A program made the translations under genes and the position numbers. Under the pieces are notes generated by a model that was not told the DNA's origin, searched no databases, and worked only from the letters and a program-made list of their open reading frames with translations. A stretch of DNA of 64,000 bases from Owenia fusiformis (taxonomy: Eukaryota): contig CAIIXF020000001.1 in the NCBI GenBank assembly GCA_903813345.2, positions 1,488,001-1,552,000 on the forward strand, written 5' to 3'. Of this stretch, positions 26,801 to 37,040 are shown in pieces; position 1 is the stretch's first letter, and the number at the start of each line of letters is the position of its first letter.

Positions 26801-29800
26801 CTCATACCCAATTGCTGACATAATTGAAATAGATATGATGTGCCCAGTACTTACTTGAACAGTGGTTGGAGATTGTGGTATTGGAGACATCATCCCAGGA
26901 CTACGTGGGCTCATCCCCAATTGCTGACATAATTGAAATAGATATGGTGTGCCCAGTACTTACTTGAACAGTGGTTGGAGATTGCGGTATGGGAGACATC
27001 ATCCCAGGACTACGTGGGCTCATACCCAATTGCTGACATAATTGAAATAGATATGATGTGCCCAATACTTACTTGAACAGTGGTTGGAGATTGCGGTATG
27101 GGGGACATCATCCCAGGACTACGTGGGCTCATACCCAATTGCTGACATAATTGAAATAGATATGATGTGCCCAGTACTTACTTGAACAGTGGTTGGAGAT
27201 TGTGGTATGGGGGACATCATCCCAGGACTACGTGGGCTCATGCCCAACTGCTGACATAATTGAAATAGATATGATGTGCCCAGTACTTACTTGAACAGTG
27301 GTTGGAGATTGTGGTATGGGGGACATCATCCCAGGACTACGTGGGCTCATGCCCAACTGCTGACATAATTGAAATAGATATGGTGTACCCAATACTTACT
27401 TGAACAGTGGTTGGAGATTGTGGTATGGGGGACATCATCCCAGGACTACGTGGGCTCATGCCCAACTGCTGACATAATTGAAATAGATATGATGTGCCCA
27501 GTACTTACTTGAACAGTGGTTGGAGATTGTGGTATGGGGGACATCATCCCAGGACTACGTGGGCTCATACCCAATTGCTGATATAATTGAAATAGATATG
27601 ATGTGCCCAGTACTTACTTGAACAGTGGTTGGAGATTGTGGTATGGGGGACATCATCCCAGGACTACGTGGGCTCATACCCAATTGCTGATATAATTGAA
27701 ATAGATATGATGTGCCCAGTACTTACTTGAACAGTGGTTGGAGATTGTGGTATGGGAGACATCATCCCAGGACTACGTGGGCTCATACCCAATTGCTGAT
27801 ATAATTGAAATAGATATGATGTGCCCAGTACTTACTTGAACAGTGGTTGGAGATTGTGGTATGGGGGACATCATCCCAGGACTACGTGGGCTCATACCCA
27901 ATTGCTGATATAATTGAAATAGATATGATGTGCCCAGTACTTACTTGAACAGTGGTTGGAGATTGCGGTATGGGGGACATCATCCCAGGACTACGTGGGC
28001 TCATACCCAATTGCTGACATAATTGAAATAGATATGATGTGCCCAGTACTTACTTGAACAGTGGTTGGAGATTGCGGTATGGGGGACATCATCCCAGGAC
28101 TACGTGGGCTCATACCCAATTGCTGACATAATTGAAATAGATATGGTGTACCCAATACTTACTTGAACAGTGGTTGGAGATTGTGGTATGGGAGACATCA
28201 TCCCAGGACTACGTGGGCTCATACCCAACTGCTGACATAATTGAAATAGATATGATGTGCCCAGTACTTACTTGAACAGTGGTTGGAGATTGTGGTATGG
28301 GGGACATCATCCCAGGACTACGTGGGCTCATACCCAACTGCTGACATAATTGAAATAGATATGATGTGCCCAGTACTTACTTGAACAGTGGTTGGAGATT
28401 GTGGTATGGGAGACATCATCCCAGGACTACGTGGGCTCATACCCAATTGCTGATGGTTTAACCCCTGCATGGCTGCTACAAAACAATACATCAAACAATA
28501 CAAACATTTTATGAATATTCACATTTTTTCACCTAATAAAAATATTTACAAATGAAAAGTAAAGGCTGTAGTAAATATTATTAAATATATAGCTTATCAT
28601 TTCTGAATTAGTATCAAGCCCTCTGTTTCACAGTCTTTGTTATTATTTGTACAAAACAAATATCAAAATTTAGGCAATCATTTCACCAGTTCTGTAATAC
28701 CGTTGCTATACTGTACAAAGAGAATTCAGAGCAACATGTTATATAGATACATTAATCAATAATTTACAGTGCAATTAATCAAATAATTATTTCTGTTTTG
28801 TTTTATGTGCATGACCTGTCTATGACCACCAGACAATACATATTACAAGCATAACTCATAAACTGATGGCTCTCTCTTATATTCTAACTTATAAGCCACT
28901 ACAGTATCTTATATTTTTACTTATATGCCATGGAACACAGCCTCCAAAATCAGTTTTCCTTCCAAATAGGTTTCTTGTTTGATATGTGAATGGACTGCAA
29001 TGTTATCATTGGAATATCCTTTTTCTGTTTTGGGAATGTACAAAAGAGAGGTATAAAAATCGAAATTTGCCAATTTATCGATCGGGGGGTAGAAATTGAT
29101 TTTCTACTGTAAATACAAGAAAATATTCAGCTTGATATTCAATACTTCAAATTCAGGACGCACAATAAAACCTGTGTAACGGAACACCTTTGTTACGGTG
29201 TTACCTCTAAAAAGTGACTCACTTTCATAGGTCCATTTAGCATTAAGTTAAACAATAGCCTTTCACTTACAGAGGTGTTCTACAAGTACTTTATATGTTT
29301 TAGTGTACCTGAATTGATGTTAAATGTGTAATGAGCCTTTCAACTATTCAATAGCAGTCTTGATATTTTTAGAATAAATAGAGCAGATTTAAAAGATGAA
29401 AATTTGCTCATTTTTGCCCCCCCCCCCCCCCTCCCCCTCCTTATACAATATGTGACACAAAAATGGATATCTGTATCTACAAAAATTTGATTTCTTCATT
29501 TTTTCACATCTACAATTATCACAATTAATGCTATTGCAAGAAATGCTTGACTTTGGCAAATATTTGAATGATGCATGTACATGTACTTGCCTTAGCCTAG
29601 TTATTGACTTACCCATTGCATTCTGTAGCATGATCTGCTGGTTATAGAGTTGCTGTAGATACGCAGTTGAACTTACTGCCATAGGCTGTTGAATCACTTG
29701 TACAGTTTGACCCATAGGTGGGCGGATCGTGTTATCTAACAAGGCTGCATGACTTGCATTCATTGCAATAGCTCCAGTTGATGGTATAGATCCTTGTACA

Positions 29801-30345
29801 TGTATAGTTCCTTGTGGTGTATGGGATAATGCCCCTTGTTGTACAGCCCCTTGTGCTTGAAGGATTGTCCCCGGGGGCATACTTGTACCCTGCGGTAGGC
29901 TACTCTGGGGTATGGATGTCTGACGCTGTACGTTAGGTGGGTGAAGGTTTGGCTGCATTTGATGCTGTTGTTGCTGCTGTTGTATTTGTTGACCATTTTG
30001 CTGCTGTTGAATAAGCTGGTGCTGTGGAGCATTTTGCTGCTGTTGCTGCTGTTGAATTTGCTGGTTATTTGGTTGTAGATGTTGAACTACTTGCTGGTCA
30101 TTCTGTAATTGTTGTTGGCCAGGGTGCTGGTTGTTTTGCTGTTGCAGTTGGTTTGTTTGCTGGTTGTTTTGCTGTGCCTGAAGCTGTTGTTGGTTGTTTG
30201 GCTGTGGTTGACTATTTTGCTGTTCTGGTTGTGCTGGGGGTGTTGTCACTGGTGTAGGGGGATGGGACGGTGGTTTAGGGGGATTCTGGGTTGGAGGGGG
30301 TGGGGTGGGCTGGGCCGATGGTGGTTGTTGGGGCGCCTCAGACAT
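11628..30345 (-). CDS. ph: Polyhomeotic-like protein (PRC1 subunit), 13 coding exons, ~1173 aa
   Basis: Hand-built exons (minus): 30345-29613, 28475-28381, 21241-21097, 20939-20838, 20581-19157, 18640-18489, 18261-18165, 16686-16531, 15849-15793, 13268-13162, 12642-12532, 12264-12115, 11819-11628. All introns are GT-AG and phase-compatible (total 3522 nt). Encodes a P/Q-rich N-terminus, an S/T/K-rich region, HD1 (KPQVLTHVIEGFVIQEGPDPFP), an FCS finger (CEFCG...KRSKRFCTTACAKRYNVGC) and a C-terminal SAM domain. Exon 15849-15793 is the least certain. Confidence 0.93.
14002..14601. mobile_element. 600-bp fold-back element in a ph intron
   Basis: Long imperfect arms (ggacagctgaataatagtgaccttt / aaaggtcactattattcagctgtcc; gatcaagacttgta / tacaagtcttgatc); flanked by the direct repeat CCTTAC (13996-14001, 14602-14607). 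Confidence 0.85.
15793..15849 (-). CDS. 57-nt symmetric (phase 1-1) exon encoding an AT-hook-like motif, in the Polyhomeotic gene
   Basis: ttcag|(G)AA ATT AAG CGG CGA CGA GGT CGA CCC CCA AAG ... ACT G|gtgagt = EIKRRRGRPPKLWGLSRLT; a GC-rich island in an AT-rich intron, in frame with both neighbouring exons. Confidence 0.7.
15997..16205. mobile_element. MITE with TACTGTATAAGTGGTA...TACCACTTATACAGTA ends
   Basis: 16-bp perfect TIR including the TA; internal ggaaaattaa repeats. Confidence 0.8.
16531..16686 (-). CDS. ph: Polyhomeotic FCS-type zinc finger exon (missed by the ORF track)
   Basis: Translates as DRSDGPTLKCEFCGRVMMAKLFKRSKRFCTTACAKRYNVGCSRRMGLFQPDQ; ttttag acceptor, gtatga donor, phase 1-1. 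Confidence 0.93.
17604..17696 (+). repeat. 31-bp tandem repeat x3
   Basis: tgcatgaaaacaccagtttcagatgacaaat at 17604, 17635 and 17666. Confidence 0.95.
18489..18640 (-). CDS. ph: Polyhomeotic HD1 exon
   Basis: KAIVKPQVLTHVIEGFVIQEGPDPFP matches the Ph homology domain 1; tttag acceptor, gtgagt donor. Confidence 0.93.
21361..28453 (-). repeat. Tandem array of ~65 x 109-bp units duplicating the exon-2/intron-2 junction of Polyhomeotic
   Basis: The 'ttgaac' anchor recurs at 21405, 21841, 21950 ... 28381 (6976 = 64 x 109), with no net length change. Sense unit: GTAAGTACTGGGCACATCATATCTATTTCAATTATGTCAG + CAATTGGGTATGAGCCCACGTAGTCCTGGGATGATGTCCCCCATACCACAATCTCCAACCACTGTTCAA. Confidence 0.98.
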
Positions 30346-33160
30346 CTCAAGGGCCTCTATTTCAGGCACAAACTGAAACAAAAATCACATACATAATCAC
30401 AACATGTACAAAAATGCCGACTTATATCACATTTCTATCAATAGCAAATTATCAAAATTAGATAGATGGTTTAAGGAAAGAATATCCTATGATTACGAGT
30501 GATATCATTTACAAATCAATGGAAGAAGCGATATCTGTGGAATATTCTCCATGTTTCATATAGCTACAGTATATTACTTTTTCCATGCATTTGAAAAATA
30601 TCATCAAAATACATGTTATAATACAGATTAGACCTAAACTATGGAATAACTTTAGATATGCATAGTTCTCTAACAGATATCTAGTAAGCTTTCTTATGAG
30701 TTTCTGGATTTTGACTTTGAAGACCTGCAATACAAAAACAAGGCAGAGAAGTCTAAAGAACAGCTGCTGAGATTTTCACGATACAATGCCATCAATGGAT
30801 AACATTTTTTATAAAATTGGTTTGAAAATACTGGCTGTCCTAATTTTTCAACATGATTTCATTTTAAACGACTTTTTACCATTCTTACAAAATATTGCCT
30901 GTCAAATGATGATGTCTACATAAGATATATTATAAAATGTATGCCTTGGGGAAATTCTTCGAACAAACATGTTCAACTTCCTTAAAGGGACTTAATCAAG
31001 TTATATTCAATATAAAATGTACATGTATAAGAAAAAATCAAAAATCACACATCACTGTAAAAAATACTAGAGAGGACCAAAAGTATCTGCTCTAACAGAT
31101 ATTGCCTCTTTAACAACATGTATATATTTCATTTAAAACTAACTTTAAGTGAATCACCTATGTTATTTTCACTTGTAAACGATTAAATATGAATAATAAT
31201 AAAAAGAACACAAATACTATACTCACTCTGTAATTTACAACTACATCTTCATACCACATATTTGCAGGAATACAAAAATGCAAGAATATATCTCATATCC
31301 TTCCCTCACAGTAAGTAAATCCAGGACAAATTGAAGTTATCTGATGTGTAATCTATACCATACAACTGACATGAACGTAGTAGTGCAACCAATCCATCTA
31401 CACTTGACTCAGAAAACTGGCCTTTTGAGAAATATCAAATAAATATTCATTTTTGAAAGAAAAAATGTCTAACTAATGACTTTACAAGTCAAGCATGTCT
31501 TAAAATCTTTACTGCCTTCTGTTCATATGGCTGACACTTTTGTTTAGCAATCATGCCATTTGTAATTCACATATTTCTAAAATTCATAAACATAATATAT
31601 CATTTCCCACTCATAAAACACAACACAAAAATGAAAGCCTATCCTGTCTGTACCAAGTCCAATTGTCTTTTATGACCCTGAACACCAAGTCTTTAACTAC
31701 AAACATACCAATTTTGACCAGTTCTTCTTATTAAAGACATCATAAAACTCACCCTCATAAAATCTGTACCAGTGTTCTAAGTTCGCCAATGCTCCCGGGG
31801 AACTTAGGTATAAGAAATGAAGATTTATGGTCAGTTTGAAGCCACTGATTTTATGCTGCAACTGTTGTGGTTAACCACTGGTTAACATTTCCTGTGAGTT
31901 TTTCAGTCAAAAATTCCCAAGTGCTACAGTATCTGCTTTGCATCTTATTTCATATAGGAATGTGTTAGACTTTCAAGTGGACCTCTAATTTTTTATTTCA
32001 CGTAAATGTAATAATATACTGTTTTGATCCTTTTGATAGTTGATACATAACTGCTCCTGTAACCAGTGCTATGAATAGAAAACTGCTTGTAAAGATTAAT
32101 GACAAAATGTAAAACGCCATTTCATATGCAAACTTCTTGAAGTCATTCTCAAACAACTTTTAGAATACAATCCATCATGTCATCATCTTCCAAAGTTAAA
32201 GTTTGAGATAATTGATGTCTCCTGATCTTTTCCACCTCATTGAGTTAGTTTACATATCAATGACTGGGGTCCCTTACATAAATACACATCCCCCAAACGA
32301 AATTTAAATAACTCATATTTCAAATATGGATAGATGGATTGATACACATTTTATTTGCTGCCTTACATTTGCTCCTACTACTGAACTCCGATCAATTAGT
32401 ATCCGTTTTTACAAGGGATGGTTTTTCCATCCAGACCAGTTAGTGTTGTACATTGGCAGTTTTTCTGATGAGCAGACTATGATTTTTGTGAAAATAAATT
32501 TTCAGTGTGAGATAAAAGAACTTCACAGTGACAAGTATAACAATATAAAGTATTGCTCCATTATGCTAATCATATCTTCAGTCATTATTTGTAATGTACA
32601 TTTGCTCTATTGACCATTTGTTCAACAACAATCCTAGCCCCATTATCATAACAGGCACATAATGCACATTATCTGCACCAAACTTAAAAGGATAATTTAT
32701 GTGATTTTGGGAGCTGTCAAGTCAGCCTGAACTATTGAATCAAAACTGCAAACTGAACAAATGTGAGGATCTAATCATAAGATTCCATAATTCTCTATAA
32801 CCACCCAATTCTGCCTTGAGTTTATATTGCAAATGGTTCATGTTTTTCCAAGTATGGAGAGCATTACTTTGTATCTTTTATAATAGTAGACATGCAAACG
32901 GAATGGCTTTGGTACCTCAAAATAGAGTTCTATTTGGGTTAAATTTATAATACTTTGAAAAGTGTTCAGTTCCACTTATAGGGGTGCTCCATTTACAAAG
33001 GCTTTTACCTTTACAGGTCTTACTACAACAAGATATTTCTTTAGTTTTATTTTGTGTCATCTACCTTTAGGATCTCTATCTCTATGATGAGACATCACTG
33101 ATTGCCCATGAAGAGAAACCAACTACCTTTTTCAAAAAGAATTAAAAAAATAAGACCAAA

Positions 33161-33327
33161 GCCTCAGTCACATTTGCTCTACGGCTAGTACACGGCAGCC
33201 ATAATTTTAAGAAATCAATATGAAAATCTAAATCGTAATGCTTATCCCTATATCTATGCTGCACATTTCTCTTGATTTGGGAACTATGGCTGCCGTACGG
33301 TTGCCGTGGATCAAATGTGACAGAGGC
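33161..33327. mobile_element. Short palindromic MITE (PIF/Harbinger-like)
   Basis: gcctcagtcacatttg..ctacggc....acggcagccata / tatggctgccgt....gccgtgg..caaatgtgacagaggc. Confidence 0.7.
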
Positions 33328-34375
33328 ATTAAGCTTAAGAATAAAATTGCCACTTGTCTTCCAGAATCTTGTTAACATCCATGAATGCCAGATAGACTTT
33401 GCTGTGTCAACCATTGAGCATAAGCATAATATCCAAGAGATATTACATCAACTGTAAAATGAACTCTTGCTTCCTCATAAGTTTCAGGAGTTTTGATATG
33501 CAATATTACTGAACACGTGTGACTTTTGGTTTGCTTTATTTTGAGCATGCATGCCCACATGTCATGTTAATCACTGTAAACTATATTTTTACATTCAGGT
33601 GGTGGTGCAATCTTTAACTTAAGTTTTTTTTGTTTGCGCAAAAAACAACTTTGCGCTGAAAAATGGAAAATTGAAAAAATTAGGTTTATTTCAATCAGAT
33701 ACCGTCCTTATGCTTCATGATCAACATATTAAAGCCGATAGAGTTACATTCATTAATGTTTATTAGCTTCTCGTAGGTGACATTCTTTAGCTAATTCTTT
33801 AATTCTAGCAAATCAGTCAAGCCATGAAACAGGTAGTAAGAGACAATGTATGCATCTTTAAACAGCTTCTTTTAGGTCTGTATCTTAAAGTATATATAAT
33901 TCCTTTATTGACAATAGTATCAAAACATGACGCATTAGTAGTCTTATGTACAGACTAGGCTATCTTAACTCAAGACAATACTTATAGTAAATAGTATAGC
34001 ATTCAGATCATTTGATTATTTTGCGCACATGAATTATTTGCTTCTGAGCACTTACAAGCTAACCACAATAAACAAACCTGGCAGAGAATACCCTTGGCCT
34101 ACTTCATTTTAGCGAAATTTCAGCTCAAACTCGTGAAAAATGCATTATGCATACGCTTGTTTGAAGCCTTGGAGACACTCATTTTGGTAAATATGATTTA
34201 CGGTGTATACTTTTCTGCAGTTTGTGAGAGTTTGGGACATTAAATGTTAAAATTCAAGAAAATATGCCAATTATACGACTAATCAATTAATATGTATCAG
34301 CATTGTATATATGCCAGTTGACGTTACAATTTCTCCACAGATAGCAATTCAACTTCCAGTAGACTACAGACTACA

Positions 34376-34580
34376 CCAAGGAGGATTGGGTGACGGGGTT
34401 CCATCTCTGTATACTGTTGAAGTTCGTCAAAGTCAAGGTTAGCGCTATTGCTAGAATATCGGTCACTCTCCTTGCTGACATGGACATGCACAGGCATGAT
34501 GATCTCTGAACACATTGCTTGTAGATTGAAAATATAGGTTTGCAACCTTGTTTGCAACCTTGGGAGCCAATCCTCCTTGG
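34376..34580. mobile_element. MITE with CCAAGGAGGATTGG / CCAATCCTCCTTGG ends
   Basis: 14-bp perfect inverted core; the same motif pair occurs at ~40005-40280, with solo ends at ~10321-10340 and ~37236-37258. Confidence 0.65.
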
Positions 34581-34604
34581 GTCTACACTTGGCTGTGCGC
34601 ATGT

Positions 34605-34884
34605 TAGTTCAACAAGTTAAACCCAATACCACGGCTTTAATTTTTTAATCTGAATGTTCGTGTTGCAGTGGTTGGGTTTAACTTCCGTGCTATGCTTTCA
34701 TTTGTTGCAAATTCTCACCATCAGTTATTAATTAAACGCGCATGGAATTTCATGCGCTACCATAGGCCACCATTAAATTTTTTTGCATCAAGGGCCGAAT
34801 AGGCACCGAAGTTAAACCTAGGGCGGGCCACAAGATATGTCAGATAAGAAATAAGGCCCAGACTAGGTTTAACTTGTTGAACTA
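34605..34884. mobile_element. 280-bp MITE with TAG termini and a 9-bp target-site duplication
   Basis: 19-bp perfect TIR TAGTTCAACAAGTTAAACC; TGCGCATGT is duplicated at 34596-34604 and 34885-34893. Confidence 0.9.
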
Positions 34885-35195
34885 TGCGCATGTATGCTCC
34901 AAATAGAGCGAAATGAGATGATCACGTCTACAAAGGTTCTTCATTCTAAGTATTCTTTATGAAATTTTCAACAACACCATCTTTATTGTTGGAAGACATG
35001 TACGAAAAACGGCAGACAGCTGACATCTAGAATCTCATTGAAAATGATGAATTTATTTTCTTTCTTTCAATTTTCGGCATCGGCACAATATTAAGTTTAT
35101 TTGAACTTCTACAACGAATGTACGCTCAAAACTTCCCTTGCATATGAATAATATGTATAAGTATATTTCTGTGAGATATGACATATAACTCTTAC

Positions 35196-35272
35196 CTAAA
35201 TGTGCAGTTATTCAACAAATATCACTGGTAATTATTTGCTTTTCGTCTTCCATGTTGATTTTAGTGACGTCA
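35196..35272 (-). promoter_or_regulatory. Putative non-coding first exon and proximal promoter of Polyhomeotic, with a CRE palindrome and a short uORF
   Basis: Coding exon 1 begins at an acceptor (tttcag, 30373-30378), so an upstream exon must exist. There is a strong donor AG|GTAAG at 35196/35195, a perfect TGACGTCA at 35265-35272, and CAACATGG at the uORF start 35253 (MEDEKQIITSDIC*). Assignment to ph is inference. Confidence 0.45.
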
Positions 35273-35372
35273 TGAGTTTTACATTTAGTTTTAGTGAAAC
35301 ACCATAGGCGAAGCACGGGACGTGAACGAGCAGCGTACGGCTAAATCATTAATCGATCCTAACTAACCCTTA

Positions 35373-37040
35373 CACGGGGGATAAGCAAAACGAGGGCGAA
35401 GCCACGGACTGCGACTCGCGTAACTTTACACCGCAGCCCAGCGCCAAAATGGAGGGACATCCTGCAGTGCCTTCTGCTTCTTCCGACAAAATAGAGAAAT
35501 CCAGGTATTTTAAATGCTATCGTAGTGTCTAATCCGCGGTGACCAAAATATTACTCTGTATCTACTGTTGGTCTGTAGATAAGAAAATAAGCAGTTGTCC
35601 AGATCAAGCTAAAACAGTAGCAAAGTTCTGATTTTACCTGTAAAATATGTGCATATTTTTTAATTTACTATACATTTGAAAGGAGTTTTAACACGTTTCT
35701 GATATCTAAAGGTTAGTTGAGGCTCCGAGTATAATTCGTGAAAATGATTTGATAATAGAATGTGTTCACGAGGAGAAAATTAGATTCAAACTGCGCATTC
35801 ATAGTGGACGCAGTCCAGTAAACAAAGCTATTTCAACAACGCAACACAGCCTCCATTGGTATTCTAAGTAACGCAGTCCAGCCGCGAACACGAAATAAAT
35901 AAGATAGTGTAAACTATATTCCTACGCTATTATTGTTTCAGGAAAAGAAAAGTCAGCATCCAGATTATCATTCAAAGTTACGTTGATTAACATATATCTA
36001 TTACCTGAATCAATGTCCCAAATTGCTATATTGTATCGTTTAAGACCTAGAAATATGGCAATTCAATAGCGTATTTGGCAGAACAGTCGAGCGCAAGATG
36101 ACAACGTAATATGTTTATTACAAACCAATTTGTGGATAGGGTTAAATATATAGATAATTGGATAGTGGTGAGACTTTTTATAAGAAGTAGAAATGCGAAA
36201 CAATTAGCTTTTTGATGATGCAATAAAAGCTGTTGGGGAAGGGTACATTAACTAGTATTTAAGATATCAGGAAAATATCAAATAATTGGAGAGTTGGTGA
36301 GTTAATGTAATTTTGGATGATCTTTCCAACAGTCCATCAATATTGCTAGCTACCATAAATTCATGATTTCAGCTGTATTTGACAGCTTGTAGATATTTGC
36401 AGAATGGATTGAGACACGATGTAGGTCTATTAAAATAGCCCTTTATATTCAATTTTGTCCAAAGTTGCTCCATTTCGGCCACACCTGTACTCACATTGTG
36501 CTATCTACCTTTGGCTGTGATTGCGTTCAGCTTCAGATATAAAGCAACACTGAGTCGCGGACTGCGTTGGGCAGATGGATGGACTGCGACTATTATAAAT
36601 TCCAATGTTCTATGTAATTGTACGTTTTCCGCTTACCAAATATCACACGAAGATGTAATTGTAACAACAGAACATGAATAATTATATTAATTCGATGTCA
36701 TTTCTGATTCCTTTGTTTAAATCGGTATATTAGGGACAAATATTGACAAAATTACATTTTTTGTGGCAGATTTCGAATTCATTTGTGTTCATGCTAAACT
36801 ATTGGACAGCCGAGCACCAAGAATGCCATTGCAGATGGAGTATGAATATGTTGATCACCGACTGGAACATACTAGCTATTCTGTAGAATATCCAAACCAA
36901 TAATCAACCCCAAATCCTAACATGTCTTCCAAATTAAGTTTGGACTTACTGCCATTGTTCAGCTATAATGCGTTGTAACCTCGTTTTGAATTACGCGAGT
37001 CGCAGTCCGTGGCTTCGCCCTCGTTTTGCTTATCCCCGTG
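35373..37040. mobile_element. 1668-bp non-autonomous DNA transposon, CAC termini, 5-bp TSD (Transib-like)
   Basis: ~50-bp TIR CACGGGG(G)ATAAGCAAAACGAGGGCGAAGCCACGGACTGCGACTCGCGTAA, identical at both ends except for one G; CCTTA at 35368-35372 and 37041-37045; no transposase ORF seen. Confidence 0.88.

Noticed and set aside
21361-28453. CRISPR-like array or tandem ncRNA gene cluster
   Set aside because: There are no unique spacers (units are near-identical end to end), the context is eukaryotic, and the unit is fully explained as a copy of the ph exon/intron junction.
21361-28453. One long unspliced repetitive ORF
   Set aside because: The unit length of 109 is not a multiple of 3 and read-through hits a stop in the next unit; the ORF track shows no long ORF here.
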